Positions 28,854-37,526 of a stretch of DNA of 63,018 nt are shown in pieces. Positions within the stretch are counted from its first letter, which is position 1, and each line of letters opens with the position of its first letter. The stretch comes from an uncultured virus (IMG/VR IMGVR_UViG_3300009119_000001) (Duplodnaviria > Heunggongvirae > Uroviricota > Caudoviricetes), in IMG/VR virus record IMGVR_UViG_3300009119_000001, positions 1 to 63,018 of that record; one strand, given 5' to 3'. Both the position numbers and the translations under genes were made by a program. The notes below the pieces were generated by a model that did not search any database, was not told the origin of the DNA, and was given only the letters and a program-made list of their open reading frames with translations.

Positions 28854-29102
28854 AATTGGGAATTTTTACCATTCGACCTAAAATCGGCGTACAGCAAGCA
28901 CTGGCGCGGGTTACAGCTATCGTATTGGCCGTTATTCGGTTTTGTCCCTTATTATTTGCGAGTTTTGTCCCTTTCTCAACCCCGATTTTCGAGGTTCGTT
29001 TTACGATAAAGGGACAAAACAGGGTTTTTTGCCTATTTTTTAAGCAATTTTGGAGGGTTTGTTCCTACCTCCGGAACAAGATTTTTTGGAAATATGCAGT
29101 AA

Positions 29103-29437
29103 AATCAATGGACTAACGAAAACCTGTTCCGCTTGTTCCGGAGCAATTCTCGGACGACTATCTAGCATTGGCGCGGGTTGCAGGGTTAGTATTGTCTCTT
29201 GTTCCAATAAATGAAATATTAATAGTAAAGTAAAAGTGTCTTTTCTCTTTACCCAGTGGCTTGCATAATTTTGGCCGTTAATCGGTGACTTCGTCCCCTT
29301 CGCGGGGATAAGATATACAACATTGCCAAAATTGGAACAAAGGCCAAAACTATACCCACAACCCGCGCCAATCCAAGTACTTGCTCTGGGACTCGCTCCG
29401 GAACAAGCGGAACAAGGTTTTTGCTAAGTCATTGATT
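29103..29437. repeat. long nested imperfect inverted repeat
   Basis: 29103-29144 pairs with 29395-29437; 29167-29208 pairs with 29331-29372. Confidence 0.85.
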
Positions 29438-29502
29438 CGTAAAGGTTTGGTATGCTGCGTCGAATTTTGTCACCAGAACAGGAAAACATGCAATATTGGA
29501 AC

Positions 29503-29655
29503 AAAACACAGAAAAAACCATTTATCACGTGATAAACGGCCAAAGAGAGGTGGAACAGGACTTGGTAAAACACAGAAAAAAATGCTTTACACGTGATTTA
29601 AGGACAAAACGAGGCAAAATGATATAAAACACAGAAAAAAATGCTTTACATGTGT
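29503..29655. repeat. three spaced direct repeats AAAACACAGAAAAAA..TTTA..CA(C/T)GTG
   Basis: Copies at 29503, 29567 and 29626; 29566-29591 and 29625-29650 are identical over 26 nt. Confidence 0.8.
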
Positions 29656-29709
29656 TTGAGGTTGGAAAAAACAACATGCACCAAACCGAACACCCGAACT
29701 CTATAAACC

Positions 29710-29738
29710 TTGACATTGTCAAGGATATGTGGTATAAT
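29710..29738 (+). promoter_or_regulatory. consensus sigma70 early promoter
   Basis: TTGACA-N17-TATAAT with extended -10 TG; the -35 lies inside the palindrome CCTTGACA-T-TGTCAAGG. Confidence 0.9.
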
Positions 29739-29777
29739 ATGTTTTAGTGAGTGAGAGAAGTTTTATGTGTGATGCAA

Positions 29778-29799
29778 TTTGTAAACAGGTGTTTATAAA
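29778..29799. promoter_or_regulatory. palindromic box copy 3
   Basis: TTTGTAAACAGGTGTTTATAAA between the promoter and the RBS. Confidence 0.65.
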
Positions 29800-29812
29800 A
29801 GGAGAAAACAAA

Positions 29813-29989
29813 ATGAGTAAAGTAAACAGTCGACTTGAAACAGATATTGCCCAGTTGTTGGATTATATGTGGGAGACGGAACAAACCCATTATGAAGAAG
29901 TAAAAGATGATATGCAGAACCCCGAACAACACATATTTATAACTATGCAACGCATACGAGACACCATATGGGGAAAACAAAATGAGTGA
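29813..29989 (+). CDS. early hypothetical protein
   Basis: Start MSKVNS after AAGGAG. Confidence 0.65.
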   Translation: MSKVNSRLETDIAQLLDYMWETEQTHYEEVKDDMQNPEQHIFITMQRIRDTIWGKQNE

Positions 29990-30170
29990 AGCGGGCGAGA
30001 TACAAAAACCGAAGTGGGATAGGTTGACTGACGATAGACTTGAAAGTGCAATAGCTAACGTCGACGATATGATTGCCCTGCTAGAAAAACAAACTGCACT
30101 ATACAGGCTAACACGAAGCGCCATGCAGTATCAGTTAGAAAAACGTAGACCCGGAAGGAAAACAAAATGA
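29982..30170 (+). CDS. early hypothetical protein
   Basis: Translationally coupled ORF. Confidence 0.6.
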   Translation: MSEAGEIQKPKWDRLTDDRLESAIANVDDMIALLEKQTALYRLTRSAMQYQLEKRRPGRKTK

Positions 30171-30376
30171 GTGAAGCGAACTGCATTAGGTGTGGTGAAA
30201 GTGTTGCATCAGGTCGGGCTAAGCTCGGATATACGACGTGCCTGCCTTGCGGTGAGGTTGCCGCTAGAAAAACAAAGCACACAATAGTTCCCATGCCGAA
30301 AAGCAATTACATAGTAGTAACAGACCTATCATTGCTGACTGGGTTAAATTCAAGCCACAAGGGAGGTGGGAAATGA
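30167..30376 (+). CDS. TraR/DksA-like C4 zinc-finger protein
   Basis: CIRCGE.V...R..LGYTTCLPC. Confidence 0.6.
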   Translation: MSEANCIRCGESVASGRAKLGYTTCLPCGEVAARKTKHTIVPMPKSNYIVVTDLSLLTGLNSSHKGGGK

Positions 30377-30648
30377 ACAACCAAAACACAAGAACAGTGA
30401 CGCTGCCCGCAGGGAAAGCTAAGGGTAAAACAAACGCAAGGCCAATGCTTCATCCTAACTATGCAGATGCTTTGATTGAACTAGCCACTAGGGTATCAAT
30501 ACTTGACTCAGAAGATTTAAGAAAAGTCGCAGTGTATGTGCACAAGCTAGGATTGTATCTAAAAACGCCTGAGTATCATCGGGCAAAAAGCTATCGGCTC
30601 GCATCTAAAGAGCGGCATAAAGCACGGCTAAAGGGAGGTGGGAAATGA
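30373..30648 (+). CDS. early hypothetical protein
   Basis: RBS GGAGG, ATGA overlap. Confidence 0.6.
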   Translation: MNNQNTRTVTLPAGKAKGKTNARPMLHPNYADALIELATRVSILDSEDLRKVAVYVHKLGLYLKTPEYHRAKSYRLASKERHKARLKGGGK

Positions 30649-30863
30649 GCGATGAGAATAATAAAATGACGGCCGAGAAAGCTATGCGTTGGCTTATAGA
30701 GTTTGGTACTGACGGGGTATCTACTGACGTCCTATTAAATACTTGGGCAAATCGCGAACTAAACTGGGAACGCTGTATTAATGAAGGCTTGCTGGAACAT
30801 ACCCCGAGGTCACTACGCCTCGCACAAAAAGCGATAGATTTAATTAAAGGAGAAGTAACATGA
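30645..30863 (+). CDS. early hypothetical protein
   Basis: RBS GGAGG, ATGA overlap. Confidence 0.6.
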   Translation: MSDENNKMTAEKAMRWLIEFGTDGVSTDVLLNTWANRELNWERCINEGLLEHTPRSLRLAQKAIDLIKGEVT

Positions 30864-31054
30864 TACCAAAAGAAGATTTAGAACCAATGCGGTACTACGT
30901 AGGTGAAGGTAGATTTATGGGCGAGCCGTGCGTCGGTATGTGGGATGGCACAGTATTTGTCGGTCTGGGTACGGCATGGAGTATGTACGAAGCTAACACC
31001 GCAGAGTATGGCGACAGAGGGTTTACACCACTGCGAAGCATAGATATTTACTAA
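30860..31054 (+). CDS. early hypothetical protein
   Basis: RBS AAGGAG, ATGA overlap. Confidence 0.6.
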   Translation: MIPKEDLEPMRYYVGEGRFMGEPCVGMWDGTVFVGLGTAWSMYEANTAEYGDRGFTPLRSIDIY

Positions 31055-31067
31055 TAGGAGATACAAA

Positions 31068-31274
31068 ATGAGTAAAACAAAAACACCACCGCCAGTAAAG
31101 TGGCGCTACAACCCGCTGGACTATAACTACCCACGAACAAGTAAAGATGCATTTGGGTATGACATAAAAGACGGGGAACTAGAGTTTGTGCAGGAGACAC
31201 GCTCGGATACGGATGTTTGGGTAGTGTGTGTAGTTTGGTTAGTTTTGATGGTGGCTTTAGTAGTACTTTTATAA
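31068..31274 (+). CDS. small membrane-anchored protein
   Basis: YPRT..DAFG motif plus a C-terminal TM helix. Confidence 0.6.
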   Translation: MSKTKTPPPVKWRYNPLDYNYPRTSKDAFGYDIKDGELEFVQETRSDTDVWVVCVVWLVLMVALVVLL

Positions 31275-31289
31275 ACAGCTGTTTACAAA
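31268..31289. promoter_or_regulatory. palindromic box copy 4
   Basis: TTTATAAACAGCTGTTTACAAA just upstream of the RBS of 31305. Confidence 0.7.
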
Positions 31290-31304
31290 TCGAGAGGAAA
31301 CATT

Positions 31305-32150
31305 ATGAACTTAGTATATCAACAGATCAAAAAGCACTACGAAGAAACAAAACCTTTGCGAGGGCAGCGGGCTAGTGAAAATATACGCCCTGCGAATGGC
31401 CGTCGTAGAACAAATGAATGTGTAGTAGAAGTGCATCGTGCCGACGGGGCATGGTATGGGTATCGGCTGTACAGTACCGACGTTGTACTGGTATCAAGCG
31501 CGGGGGTGGTCGAGTTTAATACTGGTGGGTGGGTGTCAACATCAACAGCGGCGTTTATGCATTGGGTGGGGTATAACAAGTTGAATCGTTTGTTCACTAC
31601 GCATAAAAGATACAACAAGATATGGGTTGGGTGGCCAAGGGGATATAAATTCCCACTACTAGAAAATGTAACGCAGTTTCAGATAAATGAAGACCGACAG
31701 CTAACCCCACTGCAACCCATAGTTGAGCAAGTGCCTGTAATCAGCCGGAAAGCTATGAACCTTACAATGTTGCCATTCAAACCTATGGTGGAGTATATGA
31801 AAACACTGCACAAACTAACTAATGGGGTAGTAACAAAAGAAACAATGGATGAACATCGGGGTTCAGATAGCTGGAGTAGTACATTCAGTTTCAGTGTTGG
31901 GTGTAGGTTAAGTGGAGGCAGTTACCCTTCCCGCATGTATGACGAGATAGAACGCATAGCTACCGAAGGCACTACGGACGACTGGACTAAACTGTATTGT
32001 TGGATGGTGCTGAAGTATGGGTACAGTGCATATCAAACACAGAATTATGAAGACCCAGTGCCAGCAGAGACAATTAGAAACCGCATCGCTAAGATTGTGA
32101 AAGACAACGTCCCACAGGTGTGGACTTCCAAGCCAAGGGTATGGGCATAA
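31305..32150 (+). CDS. early hypothetical protein (281 aa)
   Basis: RBS GAGG; YRLYSTDVV..GGW.STSTAAF motif. Confidence 0.7.
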   Translation: MNLVYQQIKKHYEETKPLRGQRASENIRPANGRRRTNECVVEVHRADGAWYGYRLYSTDVVLVSSAGVVEFNTGGWVSTSTAAFMHWVGYNKLNRLFTTHKRYNKIWVGWPRGYKFPLLENVTQFQINEDRQLTPLQPIVEQVPVISRKAMNLTMLPFKPMVEYMKTLHKLTNGVVTKETMDEHRGSDSWSSTFSFSVGCRLSGGSYPSRMYDEIERIATEGTTDDWTKLYCWMVLKYGYSAYQTQNYEDPVPAETIRNRIAKIVKDNVPQVWTSKPRVWA

Positions 32151-32518
32151 TGAAACGAAACGTTGATGTGAGAGGGCACTACAAAACTAAAACATCAAAG
32201 ACCCAGAAAAAGTTGGATAGACAAAAAGAAGCGGACGAAGCACTACTTACATGGGTGTTGTTGTTTGGGAAAGGTATTTCGGACACTAAGGCGCTATTTA
32301 CGTGGCTTGATAATGGTGGGTGGGGGATCTTTCCTATCTTACAGAATTTTAAGTATGTAAAAATGATTGGCTATGGTATGAATTTTGCAGTTACCCCGGA
32401 AGGTTTAACCAGACTTAATGAACTAACCCGAGAGGAGGCAAATAAAACTAAGGCAGAGGAGAAGTTAGCAAAATATAAACAGCTGTTTACAAATCAAGGA
32501 GGTGCACGTGACAGGTGA
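32150..32518 (+). CDS. early hypothetical protein
   Basis: TAATG coupling; paralogous to the next ORF (DE.LLTW..L.GK ... T..GL.RLN.L). Confidence 0.6.
   Translation: MKRNVDVRGHYKTKTSKTQKKLDRQKEADEALLTWVLLFGKGISDTKALFTWLDNGGWGIFPILQNFKYVKMIGYGMNFAVTPEGLTRLNELTREEANKTKAEEKLAKYKQLFTNQGGARDR
32474..32491. promoter_or_regulatory. palindromic box copy 5
   Basis: TATAAACAGCTGTTTACA upstream of AAGGAGG. Confidence 0.7.
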
Positions 32519-32723
32519 TGATGAGTTGCTTACGTGGTTAATTTTATATGGGAAGGAGAGAGTTAAACGAACAAAGGAAAACGTGGAAATAGCAGTGATA
32601 TTGGAAAACATGGGGTACGTAGATGACTACTGGTTTGGGGCGGAGCTTCAAATCACATCAACAGGACTACACCGGCTAAATCAATTAAGTAAACAAAACA
32701 AAAAACTAGGAGTCGTAAAATGA
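32508..32723 (+). CDS. early hypothetical protein, paralogue of 32150..32518
   Basis: GTG start after AAGGAGG; DELLTWLILYGK..TSTGLHRLNQL. Confidence 0.55.
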   Translation: MTGDDELLTWLILYGKERVKRTKENVEIAVILENMGYVDDYWFGAELQITSTGLHRLNQLSKQNKKLGVVK

Positions 32724-33796
32724 GTAAATTAAATTTTGGTAGCGCAGTAACATTGAAACAGTTTGCAGATGCAGTAGTAACAGTAGGTAGAGACGTGACT
32801 ATCATCGGTCAGGGTGAGATGGGTATTGGGAAGTCATCAGTGTTAAAGACTATTGCCAAGCAGTTGCCCCACTACAACACAGCGTACATAGACTGCACAT
32901 TACTAGACTTGGGTGACTTTGCCCTGCCATATACACAGCAGGAAACAAAGATGAAGGTGACTAAGTTTGCGCCGAACGCTAGGTTTATGATGCACGAGGA
33001 CAAGCCAGTGATAGTGATGCTCGACGAGATTGGTAAGGCCATGAAGTCTGTTAAGAACGTCTTACTTACTTTGATGTTAGAGCATAGGATTGGTGATCAC
33101 CGCTTGCCCGAGGGTTCTATTGTGTTCGGTACTACTAACCTGATGGCAGAGGGTGTTGGAGATTTGATGGAGGCGCATGCCCGGAACCGTGTGTGTTTCA
33201 TTACAGTAGAGAAACCTGATGCTGATGTGTGGATAGATAACTTTGCTATACCTAACGGGTTGGATGCGACTGTTATTGCGTGGGTTAAGCAGTTCCCTCA
33301 GTGTTTGGCTTCATTCACAGACCCAGCACAGCGTGAGAATCCATACATATTCCAGCCGACACGTGCCGGCACTACGGCCTTTGTTACACCACGTTCATTA
33401 GAGAAGGCTAGTCAGGTCGCAGCAAAACGTGAAGTGTTAGGCGATGGAGTTACCATAAGCATGTTATCAGGTGTTATCGGTGAGAGCGCAGCCCGTGATA
33501 TGCAAGCGTTCTTTACTGTGGCGGACAAGCTCCCATCATGGGAGGCAGTAATCAAAGCGCCGACTACGACCCCACTGCCTACTGATACCGTAGCTAAATG
33601 CATTATGGTGTTCAGTGCACTAAGTAGGGTAGAGAAAGATACATTGAGTAAGTGGATGGAGTATGTGCAGAGAATGGATCTCGAGTGGCAAGCGCTGTTC
33701 GCTAAATCTATTGTGATGTCATCAGCCAAACAAAGCATGGCTATTGGTAACGCAGACTTTAAAAACTGGGCACTAAAAAATCAATGGGTATTCTAG
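32720..33796 (+). CDS. MoxR-like AAA+ ATPase
   Basis: GEMGIGKS Walker A, MLDEIGK Walker B, TTN sensor, ARNR arginine finger, TPRS sensor II. Confidence 0.85.
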   Translation: MSKLNFGSAVTLKQFADAVVTVGRDVTIIGQGEMGIGKSSVLKTIAKQLPHYNTAYIDCTLLDLGDFALPYTQQETKMKVTKFAPNARFMMHEDKPVIVMLDEIGKAMKSVKNVLLTLMLEHRIGDHRLPEGSIVFGTTNLMAEGVGDLMEAHARNRVCFITVEKPDADVWIDNFAIPNGLDATVIAWVKQFPQCLASFTDPAQRENPYIFQPTRAGTTAFVTPRSLEKASQVAAKREVLGDGVTISMLSGVIGESAARDMQAFFTVADKLPSWEAVIKAPTTTPLPTDTVAKCIMVFSALSRVEKDTLSKWMEYVQRMDLEWQALFAKSIVMSSAKQSMAIGNADFKNWALKNQWVF

Positions 33797-33806
33797 GAGA
33801 TTTGAC

Positions 33807-34070
33807 ATGGATAAAGTAATGCTAACAGTGGGTGGGTGTCGCTTGATTATGGACGCAGATACAGGGTTTGAGGTGTTTAAGATGTTGACTAAAGCTAGAC
33901 CTGAAAAGTATGACTATGATTATAAATCAAAAGACGAGTCCGCTACAGGAAAGACGGAGTACTTGTACTACGTGGCACCAATGACTAGCGATATAACGTT
34001 GACAGGGGTACCAGATGAAGACTATGCAGTATGGAAACTATACGCGACAGCTAGGGAGGGAATGAAATGA
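33807..34070 (+). CDS. hypothetical protein
   Basis: RBS GGAG. Confidence 0.6.
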   Translation: MDKVMLTVGGCRLIMDADTGFEVFKMLTKARPEKYDYDYKSKDESATGKTEYLYYVAPMTSDITLTGVPDEDYAVWKLYATAREGMK

Positions 34071-34420
34071 AAGTTAAAGTCAGTGAAGCAAGTGGTGCGG
34101 CGTTGGATTGGGCAGTGACTAAGTGTGAGGGACGGTCAGAGCCAGAAGTAGTAAATAACTTTAAAATCGCGTGGTATACGTGGGGAAATACCCACTATTC
34201 AACAAACTGGCTTGTAGGCGGGCCGATTATTGAGCGTGAAGAAATATCTTTGTCTACGGGATATGAGTGGGAAGCCGTAAAAGACATAGACGTGCGCGGC
34301 AGAACAGACGTGGTTTTAGCGCATGGTGAAACCCCACTCATAGCCGCGATGCGGTGTTATGTAGCTAGCAAATTGGGGGATGAAGTCGAAGTACCTGATG
34401 AAATAGGAGAAGGTAAATGA
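34067..34420 (+). CDS. NinX/DUF2591-like protein
   Basis: G.ALDWAV.KCEG, YSTNW..GGPIIERE, G.TPLIAAMRCYV.SKLGDEVEVP. Confidence 0.75.
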   Translation: MKVKVSEASGAALDWAVTKCEGRSEPEVVNNFKIAWYTWGNTHYSTNWLVGGPIIEREEISLSTGYEWEAVKDIDVRGRTDVVLAHGETPLIAAMRCYVASKLGDEVEVPDEIGEGK

Positions 34421-35571
34421 GTAAACTATCAGCGGAACAACGAGTACAACGGGCTCATGTGTGGTTAATGGGCAACCCTGAGTACGTATTATATTCAGGC
34501 ATCATGATGATGGGCAGTACCGAGGTGAGGGATGATGTACCTACTGCATGCACTAATGGTAAAGATGTTTTGTATGGTAGAACATTCATTGATGGGTTAT
34601 CAGACCCAGAGGTACGTGGTTTGGTATTGCATGAGAACTTACACAAAGCATTCCGGCATATGACTGTGTGGGAGAACCTATACAACGAGGACGCTAGGCG
34701 GGCGAATATGGCGTGTGATTATGTTATAAACCTCATGATAGTGGACAGCGATAAGTCCGGCAGTAATGTGAAGTTGCCCAAAGGTGGATTGATAGATGAG
34801 CAGTATCGTGGGCTAGATGCACATACCGTATTCCGATTGCTGAAGGATGATGGACAGGGTGGGGGCGGTGGTGGTGAAGGGTTTGATGAGCATGACTGGG
34901 AGGGTGCTAAGGAACTAAGTAAGGACGAGAAAGAATCTCTAGCCCGGGAAGTTGATCAGGCGCTACGTCAAGGTGCGATACTGGCAGGGAAAATGAAAGG
35001 TAGTGTAGCCCGAGAGATTGCCGAGCAGTTAGAAGCTAAGGTCGATTGGCGTGAGGTGTTGCGAGATTTTGTATCGTCCAGATGTGTTGAGCGTGACTAT
35101 TCATCATACCGCAGGCCGAACCGTAGGTGGATAAGCGAGGAAGTATACCTGCCATCTATGGAGGGTGAAACCCTTGGGGATATTGTAGTTGCCATAGATA
35201 CATCAGGCTCTATTGGTAGTGCGGAACTGGGTCAGTTCTTGGGGGAGATGATGAGTATATGTAACTCTGTTCGTCCGAGTAAGGTGCACTTGTTGTATTG
35301 GGATACCGAGGTGGCCGGACATGAGACGTATGAGCAAGGGGAGTACGAAGGGTTGATTAACAGTACTAAGCCAGCAGGTGGGGGGGGTACACAGGTTGAG
35401 TGTGTGCCCGAGTATATCAAGGAGAAAAAGATTAACGCTGAGTGTTGCGTAGTTTTGACTGATGGGTACTTAGGCGGTGGCTGGGGTGATTGGTCAGTGC
35501 CAGTGCTATGGGGTATTACATCTAAGGGTATCACCGCTGATGTAGGAACATCTGTATATGTGGGAGATTAA
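34417..35571 (+). CDS. DUF2201-type metallopeptidase fused to a VWA-like domain
   Basis: TACTNG, HENLH (HExxH), N.ACDY.IN, MIDAS DTSGS, GGGT, LTDGY. Confidence 0.85.
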   Translation: MSKLSAEQRVQRAHVWLMGNPEYVLYSGIMMMGSTEVRDDVPTACTNGKDVLYGRTFIDGLSDPEVRGLVLHENLHKAFRHMTVWENLYNEDARRANMACDYVINLMIVDSDKSGSNVKLPKGGLIDEQYRGLDAHTVFRLLKDDGQGGGGGGEGFDEHDWEGAKELSKDEKESLAREVDQALRQGAILAGKMKGSVAREIAEQLEAKVDWREVLRDFVSSRCVERDYSSYRRPNRRWISEEVYLPSMEGETLGDIVVAIDTSGSIGSAELGQFLGEMMSICNSVRPSKVHLLYWDTEVAGHETYEQGEYEGLINSTKPAGGGGTQVECVPEYIKEKKINAECCVVLTDGYLGGGWGDWSVPVLWGITSKGITADVGTSVYVGD

Positions 35572-35573
35572 AA

Positions 35574-36143
35574 ATGGACGAAGAAGATAAGACTAAGGAA
35601 GATCTGATAGAAACATATCGAGAGATTAACGTCGACCATGACTGGTGGGAGTATATCTATGAGGACTTTAAGGAGGACATGGAAAAGAACTACGGGATAG
35701 AGGTTGATGACATGTCATTCAGTGGGTTTTGGAGTCAAGGGTCTGGTGCTGCGTTTACTGGCAGGGTTACAGATGACAGGCTCTTTATGACTAGCAATAA
35801 GCTTGACGGAGAATACCCAAACATCTTTAAGGCAGTTGAGTTAAACGCGGTTAACATTAATTTTGCCGAGGCATCTCGTAGGGGTAGTTGTCAGACAAGC
35901 GGTGTAGAGGTAGATGATCTGCACTATTTTGATATTGTTGAAGACCCAGAGATGAATGAGTTTTACCAGAACATGTTTGAGGGGGGCATAGAGGAGGAAT
36001 ACACAGGGTTTGAAGATGAAGTGCAACGCCTAGCAGACTCTTGGGCACATGAGTTATATAAGACATTGGAGAGTAACTATGACTGGCTAATAAGTGATGA
36101 ACGAGTATGGGACACAATCGTAGCAAATGAATTGCATTTATAA
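35574..36143 (+). CDS. highly acidic protein
   Basis: About 48 D/E versus about 14 K/R in 189 aa (hand count); FSGFWSQG.GA.F motif. Confidence 0.7.
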   Translation: MDEEDKTKEDLIETYREINVDHDWWEYIYEDFKEDMEKNYGIEVDDMSFSGFWSQGSGAAFTGRVTDDRLFMTSNKLDGEYPNIFKAVELNAVNINFAEASRRGSCQTSGVEVDDLHYFDIVEDPEMNEFYQNMFEGGIEEEYTGFEDEVQRLADSWAHELYKTLESNYDWLISDERVWDTIVANELHL

Positions 36144-36159
36144 ACAGCTGTTTATAAAT
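36136..36159. promoter_or_regulatory. palindromic box copy 6
   Basis: ATTTATAAACAGCTGTTTATAAAT, perfect 24-bp palindrome. Confidence 0.75.
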
Positions 36160-36182
36160 AAACGAAATAAACGAAATAAACG
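36156..36182. repeat. tandem repeat (AAATAAACG)x3
   Basis: Seen directly, between the palindrome and the RBS of 36206. Confidence 0.85.
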
Positions 36183-36205
36183 AAACAAACAAAAGGAGTT
36201 ACATC

Positions 36206-37057
36206 ATGATTCAGAACGTATCAGTATTAGTAGATTTAAATCTGTCTGTATGGACAGGACGCAAGATGGATAAGAAAACATCAGAGGAAGTTGTGCTAAG
36301 TAAGGCGGCACACAGTAAGCAAGCGGCATCAGTATCTAAGCACCTCTTAGCCGGCACTGATGTGCTAGATAGGATTCAACGGCACGTAGCTATGGTACGT
36401 AATTGGCACTATGAGCAGACGCTACCTTGGTCGGACGGTGGGTCTCGGTTGCTACCAATGAAATCATTCTTTACATATAAGGCTCAGCTTGGGCAGTATG
36501 AAACAGAGTTCCAAACACTGGTGGACGACTTTGTTAGAGAGTACCCGGTACTGGTATCAGCGGCGGCGTTTCAGCTTGGCAATTTGTTTGACCGGGCGGA
36601 GTACCCTGACGTGGAGGACATCATTGGTCGGTTCAAGTTTAAGTATGTGTTTTTACCGTTGCCAGACACAGGAGACTTTAGGGTAGACGTGGGTGAAGAA
36701 CTTAAGTCTGAGTTGCAAGAACAGTTCAAAGGGTACTACGAGCACAAGATCAACGACGCTATGAAAGATATGTGGGATAGGTTACATGACATACTAAGCA
36801 AACTCAGCGAACGACTGGACTACGCGGATGGAGAAACTAAAAAGATCTTTAGGGATACATTGGTATCTAATGCGCTAGATTTGTGTGGCATGTTAAGTAA
36901 CTTAAATGTTACTAACGACCCGAAATTGGAGCAAGCCAGACGCACACTGGAGGGGGCACTGCATGGTATTGAAGCGGTTGATTTGCGTGAGGATGCGACA
37001 CTGAGACATGACGTGAAAGACAAGGTTGACTCCATCTTAAAAGCGTTTGACTTCTGA
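36206..37057 (+). CDS. DUF3150-like protein
   Basis: S.WTGRK.D, TLPWSD.G.RLLP, LG.LFDR.EYP, LNVTNDP.L. Confidence 0.6.
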   Translation: MIQNVSVLVDLNLSVWTGRKMDKKTSEEVVLSKAAHSKQAASVSKHLLAGTDVLDRIQRHVAMVRNWHYEQTLPWSDGGSRLLPMKSFFTYKAQLGQYETEFQTLVDDFVREYPVLVSAAAFQLGNLFDRAEYPDVEDIIGRFKFKYVFLPLPDTGDFRVDVGEELKSELQEQFKGYYEHKINDAMKDMWDRLHDILSKLSERLDYADGETKKIFRDTLVSNALDLCGMLSNLNVTNDPKLEQARRTLEGALHGIEAVDLREDATLRHDVKDKVDSILKAFDF

Positions 37058-37075
37058 CAGTGTCAAGTATAAACT
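37047..37075 (+). promoter_or_regulatory. probable sigma70 promoter with a TGACA-G-TGTCA palindrome in the spacer
   Basis: TTGACT-N17-TAAACT. Confidence 0.6.
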
Positions 37076-37097
37076 GCTGAGTACATTAGGAGGTTTT

Positions 37098-37526
37098 ATG
37101 TCATTTTTTAAAAATATATTTGGTGGTGCTACTATATCTTCTATTATGAACCCTGCACCCCCAACGTACACAACCACGACTACTTCATCAACATCCATAT
37201 ACCCAGTACAAGGCGGGTATTTTCAAGCGGTACAAAATGGATATTTTGCGAACGCACAGGCACTACAACAAGGAACAGGGGGGCTTATGGGAGCAGGAAT
37301 GAGTAAAACGCCCGAGGCGTTTAGGATAGACCAAGACCTACTTGCTTTACAGCGCTATACCGATGCATGTGGGGACGTATTAGATATAGTGGAGATTGAA
37401 AACGGAGAGGAGGTAACGGATGTAAACGTAGCACTGATTAGGATAGCCCCGATCGGAAAGATAGTTAAGGGTGTCGGGATGAGACTAAGCGACAACAAGT
37501 ATGCAGTAGTGCGAGAAGCTTTATGA
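37098..37526 (+). CDS. hypothetical protein
   Basis: Start MSFFKN after AGGAGG. Confidence 0.6.
   Translation: MSFFKNIFGGATISSIMNPAPPTYTTTTTSSTSIYPVQGGYFQAVQNGYFANAQALQQGTGGLMGAGMSKTPEAFRIDQDLLALQRYTDACGDVLDIVEIENGEEVTDVNVALIRIAPIGKIVKGVGMRLSDNKYAVVREAL

Noticed and set aside
29503-29655. Three ~30-nt repeats with ~30-35-nt gaps resembling a mini CRISPR array
   Set aside because: Repeats are A-rich, degenerate and unlike CRISPR repeats I know; the gaps reuse local GGA(A)CA motifs; no cas operon
28856-29722. Track ORFs 28856..29116, 29381..29596 and 29525..29722
   Set aside because: No good RBS, non-ATG starts or odd composition, and they overlap the repeat-rich non-coding region
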